Source of the DNA: Clostridia bacterium | GTDB lineage: Bacteria > Bacillota > Clostridia > TANB77 > CAG-465 | Length of the DNA: 64,000 bases | Reading direction: 5' to 3' | Assembly: GCA_045537895.1 (NCBI GenBank) | Contig: JAZSQI010000036.1 | Coordinates: forward strand, 5,157-69,156 | Shown: piece by piece, positions 49,595 to 60,024 of the stretch | Numbering within the stretch: position 1 is the first letter of the stretch | How the letters are laid out: the number at the start of each line of letters is the position of its first letter | The notes under the pieces: model-generated | The model's input: only the letters and a program-made list of their open reading frames with translations | Database searches by the model: none | What the model was told of the DNA's origin: nothing | Translations under genes and position numbers: made by a program

Positions 49595-51100
49595 TTAGAT
49601 TAATTTGATTTTATATTTCATTATTGTTAATGCAAGAATATATGTTATTAATGCAATTAAAGCACTTATTAATAATTGTAGTATTAATGATACAAAATTA
49701 CTAATAAAGTATATAAGATTTATATATTTTTTAAATATCATTAAAACTATAAACATTATAGTTGCAGCAATTGTTATTTTTAATATATTCATTATAAATT
49801 CTTTGTTTAATAAAGTCCCATATTTCTTTTTAAACATTTGTAATAACATAATTGTAGATATTACAGATGAAATTACTGTGGCTATAATTATTCCTTTATA
49901 TCCAAATGGTTTTGCAAAAGTAATTGTAAGAACAATATTAGTTATAATTGCTATAACAGCCGATTTAGTAGGACTCTTGGTATCTTGCATAGCGTAAAAA
50001 ACTTTAAACAATATTGTTTTTATGCAAACAAAAACTAAAGCTATTGAATATATAGATACAGCTGTGGCCGTTATGTTTAATGATGATATATCAAATTGTC
50101 CTCTAAAAAACAGTAATTTTATTATCTCTTTTGAAAACAATAAAATTAACATCATACAAGGAACAGAAACAAAAATAACCAGCTTTAAAATTTCACACGT
50201 TTTTTGTTTAATAGCTTCAATTCCTTCTGAACTAAACATCTTAACAACATTAGGAAAAAATACTGTAACTAGTGATGTCGCAAAAATAGCTGCAACCATA
50301 TCTACAATATAATGAGAATAATTTATCGCAGATACATATCCTTCTCCTATTATACTAGCAATTGATTTATCTACTATACCATTAATCTGCCATACAACAT
50401 CATTCAATAATATAGGTAAGGTTAAAATAACCATTCTTCTTAAGTACTTGTCTTTAAAATCCAAATTTATTTTTAATTCAAATTTGTTTCTTATTGCTAT
50501 TATTAGTGTTATTATAAAATTTAATATATATCCAAATAATACACCATAGCCTAATATTTGATACTTTTCAGTAGAGCTTAATACAATTCCTAATATCATC
50601 CCTGCATTAGTAATTATTCCTTCTAATGCCGTACTTGTAAATTTTTCCTTATATTGAGAAAAACCTTTTAATATGTATGAAATAACTGTAAAAGGCATAC
50701 AAAATATTGTTAATCTTGAAATATTACTCAAATAATCAATACCTGTTTTATCAAAACCTAATGCAAATATTTTTACGATATTTTCTGTAAATAGCAAGAA
50801 CACTATTATTAATATAACTGTCATAATTAAGCAAATACTAGTTAAGTTTCCATTAAATTTCTTTGCTTCTTCTTTTGAGCTCTTCTCTGCTTGAGAAAGT
50901 AAAGGAATATAATTTGTTAAAATAGCCCCTGATATTGAAGTAATTAAAATAGTAGGAATATTTAAAGAAATAATAAATGAATCACTAATATATCCTGTAC
51001 CATATTTATTAGCCAACAAAATCTCTCTTAATAAACCTAATCCTTTTGATAAAAGAGTTCCTAACATTATTATAATAACTGAATTTCTAAATTTTTTCAT
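49595..51100 (-). CDS. MurJ/MviN-family flippase
   Basis: LSKGLGLLREILLANKYGTGYISDSF matches the MurJ N-terminal signature. 501 aa, ~14 TM segments. Confidence 0.75.
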   Translation of the reverse strand: MKKFRNSVIIIMLGTLLSKGLGLLREILLANKYGTGYISDSFIISLNIPTILITSISGAILTNYIPLLSQAEKSSKEEAKKFNGNLTSICLIMTVILIIVFLLFTENIVKIFALGFDKTGIDYLSNISRLTIFCMPFTVISYILKGFSQYKEKFTSTALEGIITNAGMILGIVLSSTEKYQILGYGVLFGYILNFIITLIIAIRNKFELKINLDFKDKYLRRMVILTLPILLNDVVWQINGIVDKSIASIIGEGYVSAINYSHYIVDMVAAIFATSLVTVFFPNVVKMFSSEGIEAIKQKTCEILKLVIFVSVPCMMLILLFSKEIIKLLFFRGQFDISSLNITATAVSIYSIALVFVCIKTILFKVFYAMQDTKSPTKSAVIAIITNIVLTITFAKPFGYKGIIIATVISSVISTIMLLQMFKKKYGTLLNKEFIMNILKITIAATIMFIVLMIFKKYINLIYFISNFVSLILQLLISALIALITYILALTIMKYKIKLI

Positions 51101-51115
51101 ATTTTCCCTTTCCTA

Positions 51116-52189
51116 CTATATTAATTTAGCTATATTCTCTGCTGCGTTCCCATCGCCAAAATAATTAATTTTATTTTTATCATCTATATTAGCATTTTGT
51201 ATTGCATTAAGTAATAAATCATATTTAGGCTGTACTAATACGTTATATCCTCTTGACAATGTTTCAACCCATTCTGTTTGCTCTCTTATAGTGATACATG
51301 GAACATCTAAAAGATAACATTCCTTTTGTAATCCACCTGAATCGGTAACTACCTTAAATGCATTTTTTGTTAAATATAACATTGTTAAATAATCTACTGG
51401 TTCTATAAAATATATATTATTATACTTATTTTTTCGATTTAAGTCATCAATCATCTTTTTAATTCTAGGATGTACCGGAAAAATAACTAACTTATCTAAT
51501 TTTTCAAAAACTTTAAGAATAGTTGCTAAAGCTTTGTTATTCATTGTGTTTTCTGCTCTATGAATAGTAGCTAAATACCAATCATTTACATTTTTTTTTT
51601 CATAAATGGGTATTAAGTTTATATTTTTGTTATTAATTTTAGCCTGTGCCATTTCTGAATAATATAAAACAGAATCACACATAACATCTCCTGTCAAATA
51701 AACATTCTCTGTTATTCCTTCTTTTTTCAAATTCTCAATTGCAGTATTGGTAGGGCAAATTAATATAGTCGATAAATGATCCGTTAAAACCCTATTTTGT
51801 TCTTCGGGCATAGATTTATTATATGAACGTAATCCTGCTTCAATATGTATTATAGGTATAAGTAATTTAGAAGAAGCTAATGCACCAGCTAAAGTAGAAT
51901 TTGTATCTCCATAAACCATTACATAATCTGGTTTTTCTTTTAATAATACTTCTTCTATTTTGATTAACATTTCTCCGGTTTGTTTACCGTGTGAACCTGA
52001 ACCGATTCCTAAATTATATTTAGGAACAGGTATCTCTAATTGCTCAAAAAACACATCTGACATATTTTTGTCATAATGCTGCCCTGTATGTACTAATATT
52101 TCTTCGAACTTATTTTTTAAAGCTTTAGAAACCATAGCTGCCTTAATAAATTGAGGCCTTGCCCCTATAATAGTTACAATTTTTTTCAT
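51116..52189 (-). CDS. UDP-N-acetylglucosamine (or UDP-GlcNAc3NAcA) 2-epimerase, non-hydrolysing (WecB/WbpI type)
   Basis: GARPQFIK, HTGQHYD, GDTNSTLAG, HIEAGLRS and DSGG motifs. Confidence 0.88.
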   Translation of the reverse strand: MKKIVTIIGARPQFIKAAMVSKALKNKFEEILVHTGQHYDKNMSDVFFEQLEIPVPKYNLGIGSGSHGKQTGEMLIKIEEVLLKEKPDYVMVYGDTNSTLAGALASSKLLIPIIHIEAGLRSYNKSMPEEQNRVLTDHLSTILICPTNTAIENLKKEGITENVYLTGDVMCDSVLYYSEMAQAKINNKNINLIPIYEKKNVNDWYLATIHRAENTMNNKALATILKVFEKLDKLVIFPVHPRIKKMIDDLNRKNKYNNIYFIEPVDYLTMLYLTKNAFKVVTDSGGLQKECYLLDVPCITIREQTEWVETLSRGYNVLVQPKYDLLLNAIQNANIDDKNKINYFGDGNAAENIAKLI

Positions 52190-52197
52190 ATTATGTA

Positions 52198-53565
52198 TTA
52201 CTCCTTTTCTTTAGATTTTCTACCTATATTTATGTAATCTTTTTCAAAAAATAGGATTACAACATATAACAATAATAAACTTCCAAAAGTCAACGAAGGC
52301 AATAAATGCTTTTCATTCAAGGACATAAATGCTAGTATTGAAATTCCCATAAAAAACCCCTTATTGTTACTATTTATTTTTTTAGAAAAAACAAATAATA
52401 ATATTCCTAATATTATTGGTATTAATATAATTCCTATCCACCCAAATCTAGCATAACCTTCAGCCAAAAAACCAGTGCTAGAATACATTGATGGTTTATT
52501 AAAATACTGCTCTGCTATAACATTAGGGTACGGCATATCGGAATATGGATTTGGCTCCTTTAAAATTGAATTTATAATCGTTCCAACCAACCCTATTTTG
52601 CTGTTCTTGGAAAAGAAATCAATATGAATAAATTTCAACATTGCAGGTGTTATGCACAATCTCATAACGAAAATCCCAAAAGCCATTGCAGTAATTCCAT
52701 ATATTAGCATTGAAACAAAAACAGTCATAGCAAAAATTGCTGGCAATAATTTATTTATGTTATTCCCCACAAGTTTAAATATGTAGTATATCCCTACACT
52801 TAAAGGTATAGATAATAATGTAATTTTATCCCCCTTCCATAAGAAAAATAAAATCTGTAATACTATTGATATACTTGTCAATATATATTGTTTTTTATCT
52901 ATAAATAATATTATAAAAAAAGTTATTATAAATTGTGTTTCAAAAACAAATAGGTAACTTAAAATGTTAGGCAAATAGAAATTTTCCCTAACAGTATAAA
53001 CATTATTTAAGTTAAATGCCGTTAATGAAGGTAATGAATTATAATAGCAGCAGCCAACTAATACTACTAACGTATTAATAATAAATAATGTAAAAATTAA
53101 TTTTGTTAATATTTTTTTGTTCAATATTTTTTTTATCTTTTTAGTATATTTTTCCCAATTAATTTTTTGAAAAATCTTTTGCATGATAGTTATTGTATAT
53201 ATTATAATTAATATTTGCAACATTAAAGCTAAATATATTCCTATTGAATAATCTTTTCCAACGTAAACACAAGAAATTGGTATTACCATTAAATAAAGAA
53301 ATATTTTCAAGTAAAATTCTAATTCCAAACATTTTACACTTTTTATTCTATAAAATATAAACATAATAACAGGAATAGTTATAACACACTTTATCAAACT
53401 AAAATGGGTCTTTTTCTCCTCATAAACTTCTGGTTGAATAAATACCAAAAAACCAAAATAAATTAAAAAAGTGTATATCATAACACATATAATCTCAAAA
53501 TATTTTGAATTTATAGTTTTTTTTATTTTATCAAATATATATTGTAATTTATTATTTACAAGCAT
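52198..53565 (-). CDS. Probable repeat-unit polymerase (Wzy-like polytopic membrane protein)
   Basis: 455 aa with ~12 TM segments, in a glycan locus. No diagnostic motif, so the call is by context. Confidence 0.5.
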   Translation of the reverse strand: MLVNNKLQYIFDKIKKTINSKYFEIICVMIYTFLIYFGFLVFIQPEVYEEKKTHFSLIKCVITIPVIMFIFYRIKSVKCLELEFYLKIFLYLMVIPISCVYVGKDYSIGIYLALMLQILIIIYTITIMQKIFQKINWEKYTKKIKKILNKKILTKLIFTLFIINTLVVLVGCCYYNSLPSLTAFNLNNVYTVRENFYLPNILSYLFVFETQFIITFFIILFIDKKQYILTSISIVLQILFFLWKGDKITLLSIPLSVGIYYIFKLVGNNINKLLPAIFAMTVFVSMLIYGITAMAFGIFVMRLCITPAMLKFIHIDFFSKNSKIGLVGTIINSILKEPNPYSDMPYPNVIAEQYFNKPSMYSSTGFLAEGYARFGWIGIILIPIILGILLFVFSKKINSNNKGFFMGISILAFMSLNEKHLLPSLTFGSLLLLYVVILFFEKDYINIGRKSKEKE

Positions 53566-53585
53566 ATTATATTTCTCCTTTGTAT

Positions 53586-54725
53586 TTACCTAATTGATAG
53601 AATCTTTTTTATACATTTTTTTATTTTTCTAAAGAAATTTCTTCTGTTGCTATAGTTCTTAAACGCACTATGTTTTCTAATTATACCGTTACTTATTATT
53701 TCATCAAATTCTTCTCTAGAAATATTAATTTTATTTATAAAATCATTAATATCTGCTTCCATTAATTCTTTATTGTTTGAATATTCATTTTCTTTTAACA
53801 TTTCAAGTGCTATACTTCTATCTAACTGACCTGCAACTATTAAACTAGAATAATGAGCCTTTGTTTTATTAATACCAAATTTCTCAGGTAAAATGTAGTT
53901 TTGATATAATCTAGTAAAAATACTTTCACAATGTTTTCCACCATAATATTCAAATCCTATCTTATCATGTAATTCGTCTATAGCTTTTTCTTTATTATAA
54001 TTAATATAATTAAGTGGTCTTATTTTATTTAATTTATCTATATATGGTATTTTTATAAATATTTCCCAAAATGATAAAGGTTTTATGCTTTTTAATTTTA
54101 TAGAGCCATATTTTTTATGAATGTCTTTTAAATTTTTTCCATCCATAGCATCGAATCCCCAACATCTTGGTAATATAGATTCACTAGCAAAATTTCCTCC
54201 TCCAACAAAATATTTTATACCGTGCTTTAATGCATATCTGTACAAGCAAGCAAAAAATATGTGATCTTGTGGTACATCTTGATTTAATACTTCAGCTAAA
54301 AAATATGCTCTCTGTAGATCAAAAATTTCTTTTTCATCAATTTTAATAACATGTAATTCAATTCCTAATTTATCGCATAGTAATTTAACATTTCTATTAG
54401 AAACTTCTGTATTCCAACCAGCATCAATATGAACGGCTAACATCCTTACTTTATACTTACTCAACAAATATGCTGTATAACAACTATCTATACCACCACT
54501 AAGCCCTAATATGCAATCATATTTTTTGTGCATATTCTCTTTTTTCATTTTATTAATTATCTCTTCTAATTCAAATTTCCCGTTTTCGCTATTATGCCAT
54601 ATCTTATCTTTTAATTTTAACGCATCTGTACAATAATTACAGAAACCATTTTCATCAAACGATATTTCTGTATTTTTATCATCCATTACGCATCTTTTAC
54701 AAATCTTACTCATACTTTCCCTCAC
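53586..54725 (-). CDS. N-acetyl sugar amidotransferase (WbpG-like PP-loop ATPase)
   Basis: N-terminal Cys cluster CKRCVMDD...CNYC and PP-loop GLSGGIDS. Confidence 0.8.
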   Translation of the reverse strand: MRESMSKICKRCVMDDKNTEISFDENGFCNYCTDALKLKDKIWHNSENGKFELEEIINKMKKENMHKKYDCILGLSGGIDSCYTAYLLSKYKVRMLAVHIDAGWNTEVSNRNVKLLCDKLGIELHVIKIDEKEIFDLQRAYFLAEVLNQDVPQDHIFFACLYRYALKHGIKYFVGGGNFASESILPRCWGFDAMDGKNLKDIHKKYGSIKLKSIKPLSFWEIFIKIPYIDKLNKIRPLNYINYNKEKAIDELHDKIGFEYYGGKHCESIFTRLYQNYILPEKFGINKTKAHYSSLIVAGQLDRSIALEMLKENEYSNNKELMEADINDFINKINISREEFDEIISNGIIRKHSAFKNYSNRRNFFRKIKKCIKKILSIR

Positions 54726-55854
54726 AATATATTTTATTTAAATTTAAACTAATTTTTTCCCATGTAAATTCTTCAAAATTACTGTTTTTAATATTTTCTG
54801 CTTTTTCTTTTAAAAGATTAGGATTATTTAATATTTCATCTACCACATTTTTTATATCCATATAATCAGTTCCATCAACTTCAAATCCTATATTATATTT
54901 TTTAACAAAGTCTCCCATAGCAGAATTTTTTGAAACAATTAATGGTATTTTAGTAAGCAAAGCCTCATAGAATTTTGTAGGAATTGCAGTTTCATCATTC
55001 TTGTTTTGTTGATTATATACACAATATAACAAGTCACTATTTTCATAAAATTTTGCAATATCATTATGATCATATTTCCCAGTTAATTCAGAATTTTTCA
55101 ATTCTCTGCTATCATCCTTTAGTCTTTGATATGCTCCACCTTCACCATTAATAGTAACATATACATTATTAAGTTTATCAACAGCTTTCATTAAATTTAT
55201 TAAAGGAATATAGTGTCTAACATATCCTGTGTAACTAATTCTTAATTTTTCAGAATCTTTATGTTTAAAATCAGTAAATTTTCTTTTTTCTGGATAGTTT
55301 GGAACATATACTAGTTTTTCCCTTTGTCTTACATCTTTAACTTGGAAATCATTTACATGTACTATCCACTTACATCTTTTCTGTACATATTTTACTATTT
55401 TAGATATAAAAAAATTTAATATTTTGTTTTTCTTATTAGAATAGTACTCATGCATATCAAATACAACTTTTTTATTTCTAAAAAAAAGTACCCCACACAA
55501 AGCCATTTCTAAATCATGACAATGCAATATTTCATATTCATTATTACTCTTTAAATACTTTTTAACTTCTCTAATAAACTTTAAAAGCCAAAAAAAATAA
55601 ATAAAATATTTTAATTTTTTTATAATAGTATATTTATCTATTAATCTTGTCGTCTTATCTGTTCTAGGATAAAACCTTGTTATATTTATTCCATCAAATA
55701 TTTCTTTTGGTTTATCTTTATATTCATTTTTTCTATCCATGCAAATAATCTCAACATTATTGCCTTGTTCCTTAAGAAATTTAGCCTCTTTATAAACCCT
55801 TAAATCTGGTGCAAAACCATTATTTAATAGCATTATTATTTTTTTTTGTTTCAT
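54706..55854 (-). CDS. GT4-family glycosyltransferase
   Basis: GT-B-like. N-terminal NNGFAPDLRVYKEAKFL. Paralogous to the next gene. Confidence 0.7.
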   Translation of the reverse strand: MKQKKIIMLLNNGFAPDLRVYKEAKFLKEQGNNVEIICMDRKNEYKDKPKEIFDGINITRFYPRTDKTTRLIDKYTIIKKLKYFIYFFWLLKFIREVKKYLKSNNEYEILHCHDLEMALCGVLFFRNKKVVFDMHEYYSNKKNKILNFFISKIVKYVQKRCKWIVHVNDFQVKDVRQREKLVYVPNYPEKRKFTDFKHKDSEKLRISYTGYVRHYIPLINLMKAVDKLNNVYVTINGEGGAYQRLKDDSRELKNSELTGKYDHNDIAKFYENSDLLYCVYNQQNKNDETAIPTKFYEALLTKIPLIVSKNSAMGDFVKKYNIGFEVDGTDYMDIKNVVDEILNNPNLLKEKAENIKNSNFEEFTWEKISLNLNKIYCEGKYE

Positions 55855-55872
55855 TTTTATCCCTTCTAAATA

Positions 55873-56970
55873 TTATTCATAGTTATATATATCTTTTAAA
55901 TTTTTAACTATCTCTTCCCATTTATATGTATCACATATCTTTTTAAGGCTTTCAATATAGTTTAGATAATTATTATTTACTTTAAATATAGCCTTTTTTA
56001 ATGATTCAACATTATTATATTCAATTACTTCCCCTATTTTATTTTTTAAAACAAAATCTCCTGCTACTGTATTTTTACTAACAATAATTGGAGTTAATGT
56101 AACAATTGCCTCAAAAAGTTTTACAGGATAAGCATTATTCCAATTCGAAATATTTGGATTATATGAACAGTACAATATATCTGTATTTCTATAAATATCC
56201 CCACTATCTCTTATTCCATCATATTTTCCATACAATTTTGTTTTTTGATTTTTATTGTTTTCTTTTAACTTATCAATACACACACCTGTACCGTAAATGC
56301 CAGTAACTACCTCATCACATTCATTTGCAATTTTCATTAAATTATTTAAAGAATCATAATCTCTAACGCTTCCAATATAATTAATTCTCGGTTTACTGCT
56401 TTTTGTTTTTTCTATAGGTGTATACGTACTTTTTTCAGGATAATTAGGTAAATATATTAATTTTGTTTTTTGATTATCAGTTAAATTTTGTATCTGTTTT
56501 TCGTTTACATATATAACATAATTGACGGTATTTAATATCTTATTAAACACAATATTAAATATTTTATTATCAGCATATGCATAATGATCATATATTTCAT
56601 GCATATCAAAAATCAACTTTATTTTTTTAACTCTCTTAGTGCATATTCCAACTATTATACCGTCAAAATCATGGCAATGCAAATAGCCATATTCCTTATC
56701 TTTTAAATGTTTTCTTACACATTTCACAAAATTTAAAAAAGGAATTATCTGTTTCATACCAGAACCTGGTATAGATGGGATTTCAAACCTAGTTATCTTT
56801 ATCCCATCTATTTTTTCTTCTGTTTTTTCTTTGTAATCGCCTTTTCTATCCCAGCATAATATTTCAACTTCAAACCCTTTTTCGACCAAATATTTAGCCT
56901 CTTTATACACTCTAACATCTGGATCAAACCCATTTGTTAAAACCATATAAACTTTTTTTGAATTATTCAT
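55873..56970 (-). CDS. GT4-family glycosyltransferase (tandem paralogue)
   Basis: TNGFDPDVRVYKEAKYL. Same architecture as 54706-55854. Confidence 0.7.
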   Translation of the reverse strand: MNNSKKVYMVLTNGFDPDVRVYKEAKYLVEKGFEVEILCWDRKGDYKEKTEEKIDGIKITRFEIPSIPGSGMKQIIPFLNFVKCVRKHLKDKEYGYLHCHDFDGIIVGICTKRVKKIKLIFDMHEIYDHYAYADNKIFNIVFNKILNTVNYVIYVNEKQIQNLTDNQKTKLIYLPNYPEKSTYTPIEKTKSSKPRINYIGSVRDYDSLNNLMKIANECDEVVTGIYGTGVCIDKLKENNKNQKTKLYGKYDGIRDSGDIYRNTDILYCSYNPNISNWNNAYPVKLFEAIVTLTPIIVSKNTVAGDFVLKNKIGEVIEYNNVESLKKAIFKVNNNYLNYIESLKKICDTYKWEEIVKNLKDIYNYE

Positions 56971-56980
56971 TTATTCACAC

Positions 56981-58303
56981 CTACAATAATTCTATGTTAT
57001 CTCTATCTGTAATATTTTTCATTGCATTTCTTGTATCAAATATGGCTTTAGCATTCTTTTGAATCATATTATAATCAAAATTGCTATGAGCAGCTGTAAA
57101 CACCACAATGTCTGCATCTGCAACTACTTTTTCGTCAATAGCAGTTAATCCATTATGAATCTTACCTTTATATTTGTACTGACTTATCCATGGATCATAG
57201 AAAGTAACATTTGCACTTTGTTCTTCTAATATTTCTATAACTCTTAATGCAGGACTTTCTCTATAATCATCTATATCGTTCTTGTATGCAACTCCAAGCA
57301 CTAAAACATTTGCACCATTAATTGCTTTTTTAAATTTAGCACTTAACATTTTTCCTATTCTTTCTACGCAATATTCTGGCATTCTGTCATTTATAATACC
57401 AGAAGCTTGAATAAGTGAAGTATGGAATCCATATTCTCTTGCTTTCCAGTCTAAATAATATGGATCAAGTGGTATACAATGTCCTCCTAAACCAGGACCA
57501 GGATAAAACGCTTGGAACCCATATGGTTTAGTTTTAGCCGCGTCTACAACTTCCCACAAACTAATCCCCATTTTTTCGCATAACATAGCAAGCTCATTAA
57601 CTAAGCCTATGTTTATGTTTCTATATGTATTTTCTAATATTTTCTCCATTTCTGCTACTGCAGGTGAAGATACTTCATGAACATCTGCACCTAACACTGC
57701 TCTATACATTCTAGCTATTACTTCAGTCGCATCTTTACCTATTGCTCCAACAACCTTAGGTGTATTCTTAGTTTTATATACCAAATTACCTGGATCAACT
57801 CTTTCTGGAGAAAATCCTAAATAGAAATCTTGTCCACATTTTAATCCTGAACCTTCTTCTAATATTGGTTTTATTAATTCTTCAGTTGTTCCAGGATATG
57901 TTGTAGATTCTAGAACTACCATTGTTTCTTTTCCTAAATATTTTGATATAGCTATAGAACTATTTTTTACATAGCTTATATCTGGTTGTTGATGCTCATC
58001 TAAAGGTGTAGGAACGCATATTGCAATAAAATCAACATCTTTTATAAAACTAAAATCAGTTGTTGCTTTTAGCATTCCACTATTAACAATTTCTTTTAAG
58101 TCGTCATCTACTACATCACCAATATAGTTTTTTCCTTCATTTACCATGTTAACTTTTTCAGCTTGTACATCAAACCCAATTGTTTTAAATCCAGCTTTTG
58201 CCTTCTCTACTGCAAGAGGTAAACCAACATAACCTAGTCCTACTACTCCAACTACAATTTCCTTTCTATCGATTTTGTTTAATAAATTTTCTTTCATACT
58301 CAT
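56981..58303 (-). CDS. UDP-N-acetyl-D-hexosamine 6-dehydrogenase (WbpA/WecC/Cap5O type)
   Basis: VVGLGYVGLPLA Rossmann motif and catalytic GLGGHCIP. The ATG at 58303 follows an AAGGAGG SD; the track's start at 58363 overlaps the upstream gene. Confidence 0.88.
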   Translation of the reverse strand: MSMKENLLNKIDRKEIVVGVVGLGYVGLPLAVEKAKAGFKTIGFDVQAEKVNMVNEGKNYIGDVVDDDLKEIVNSGMLKATTDFSFIKDVDFIAICVPTPLDEHQQPDISYVKNSSIAISKYLGKETMVVLESTTYPGTTEELIKPILEEGSGLKCGQDFYLGFSPERVDPGNLVYKTKNTPKVVGAIGKDATEVIARMYRAVLGADVHEVSSPAVAEMEKILENTYRNINIGLVNELAMLCEKMGISLWEVVDAAKTKPYGFQAFYPGPGLGGHCIPLDPYYLDWKAREYGFHTSLIQASGIINDRMPEYCVERIGKMLSAKFKKAINGANVLVLGVAYKNDIDDYRESPALRVIEILEEQSANVTFYDPWISQYKYKGKIHNGLTAIDEKVVADADIVVFTAAHSNFDYNMIQKNAKAIFDTRNAMKNITDRDNIELL

Positions 58304-58305
58304 TA

Positions 58306-58878
58306 TTATTTCCTCCTTACAATACAATTTTCTACAACATATTCCATGCCACACTCTGGACATCTGAAATAATTATCAACAAATTCCATTTTATGAGAAC
58401 ATTCACACACATAGTATCTTATTTTAGCAGGATTTCCCACTACCAATGCATAGTCAGGTACATCTTTTGTTACTACAGTTCCGGCACCAACAAAAGCATA
58501 TTTACCTATGTTATGACCACAAACTATAGTAGCATTTGCTCCAATAGATGCTCCCTTACCAATTATTGTTCTTCTATATTCATCTTTCCTAGATATAAAG
58601 CTTCTAGGATTTATAACATTAGTAAACACACATGATGGTCCCAAAAAAACATCATCTTCACATATTACACCCGTATATACAGATACATTGTTTTGAATTT
58701 TTACTCCATCTCCTAATTTTACATCTGGGGATATTACAACGTTTTGTCCTATATTACAATTTTTTCCTATTTCACAATCTTTCATTATATGTGAAAAATG
58801 CCATATCTTTGTTCCTTCACCTATTTTACATGGCTCATCAACATAACTAGATTCATGGACGAAATATTTATTTTTCAT
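58306..58878 (-). CDS. Hexapeptide-repeat N-acetyltransferase (WbpD-like) with a C-terminal CxxC...CxxC zinc ribbon
   Basis: Left-handed beta-helix repeats, and a C-terminal CECSHK...CPECG. Confidence 0.8.
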   Translation of the reverse strand: MKNKYFVHESSYVDEPCKIGEGTKIWHFSHIMKDCEIGKNCNIGQNVVISPDVKLGDGVKIQNNVSVYTGVICEDDVFLGPSCVFTNVINPRSFISRKDEYRRTIIGKGASIGANATIVCGHNIGKYAFVGAGTVVTKDVPDYALVVGNPAKIRYYVCECSHKMEFVDNYFRCPECGMEYVVENCIVRRK

Positions 58879-60013
58879 ATCTATACTCTCCTATTATTTG
58901 TTTCAATTTGCTTGTTATTTCATTGATTAATTCTTCAGACATATATGGATGCATAGGCAAACTAAGAACACATCCACACAATTTTTCAGATACTTTTAAA
59001 TCATCTAAATTGAAATTATATCCTTCATATACAGATTGTAGGTGAAGAGGTATAGGATAGTATACCATTGTTGGTACGCCCTGTTCTTTCATTTTATTTT
59101 GAACAAAGTCTCTTTCTTCTCTACTTTCCAACAATATTGTATACTGAGCCCAACTACTTACATACCCTTCCGGTACTTTAGGAGTTTTAACAATATTGTT
59201 TAATCTTTCTGTGTACATTTTTGCAAATTTGTTTCTCGCATCTAGCTCATATTCTTCAAATGCTTGTAGTTTTGGAAGAAGAATTGCAGCTTGCATAGTA
59301 TCTAACCTTGAGTTTAAACCAACTCTTACATTTTCATATTTATATGAACCTTTCCCATGAACTCTAAAAGAAAGTATTTTGTTATACAATTCTTCATCAT
59401 CAGTGAAAATTGCTCCACCATCACCATAACAACCTAATGGCTTAGCTGGGAAGAAAGAAGTTGTTGATATGCGCCCAAAAGAACATGCCTTTTTGCCATT
59501 TATAGAACCACCAAATCCTTGGGCTCCATCTTCAATAACTTCAAGATTATATTTCTCAGCAATTTTACTTATTTTATCAAATTCTGCAGGTTGGCCAAAT
59601 AAATCAACAGGAATAATAGCTCTAGGTATTAACTTTCCTTCTTCTAATACTTTTTTTATAGCTCTTTCTAATTTTTCTATATCTATATTAAATGTTCTTT
59701 CATCTACATCAATAAATATTGGTGTAGCACCTTCTAAAGACACTATTTCAGATGTTGAATAAAATGTAAATGTTGGTACAAATACTGCATCTCCTTGCTT
59801 AATATCAAACGCTTTCATAGCAAGTGTTAACGCATCTGTTCCATTAGCACATGTCGCACAATATTTTGTTCCAACATATTTTGCTAAATTAAGTTCTAAT
59901 TCTTTTACTTCTTCTCCCATGATATAGTGTCCATGCTTCAAAACTTTATTTATATTATTGTTTATTTCTTTTTCTAGTTTTTTATATTGGCTTTTTAAAT
60001 CAATAAATTCCAT
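58868..60013 (-). CDS. DegT/DnrJ/EryC1-family PLP aminotransferase (WbpE-like)
   Basis: 381 aa with a typical sugar aminotransferase pattern (GDAVFVPTFTF, TTSFFPAKPLG). Confidence 0.85.
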   Translation of the reverse strand: MEFIDLKSQYKKLEKEINNNINKVLKHGHYIMGEEVKELELNLAKYVGTKYCATCANGTDALTLAMKAFDIKQGDAVFVPTFTFYSTSEIVSLEGATPIFIDVDERTFNIDIEKLERAIKKVLEEGKLIPRAIIPVDLFGQPAEFDKISKIAEKYNLEVIEDGAQGFGGSINGKKACSFGRISTTSFFPAKPLGCYGDGGAIFTDDEELYNKILSFRVHGKGSYKYENVRVGLNSRLDTMQAAILLPKLQAFEEYELDARNKFAKMYTERLNNIVKTPKVPEGYVSSWAQYTILLESREERDFVQNKMKEQGVPTMVYYPIPLHLQSVYEGYNFNLDDLKVSEKLCGCVLSLPMHPYMSEELINEITSKLKQIIGEYRYEK

Positions 60014-60024
60014 AACTTTCTCCC

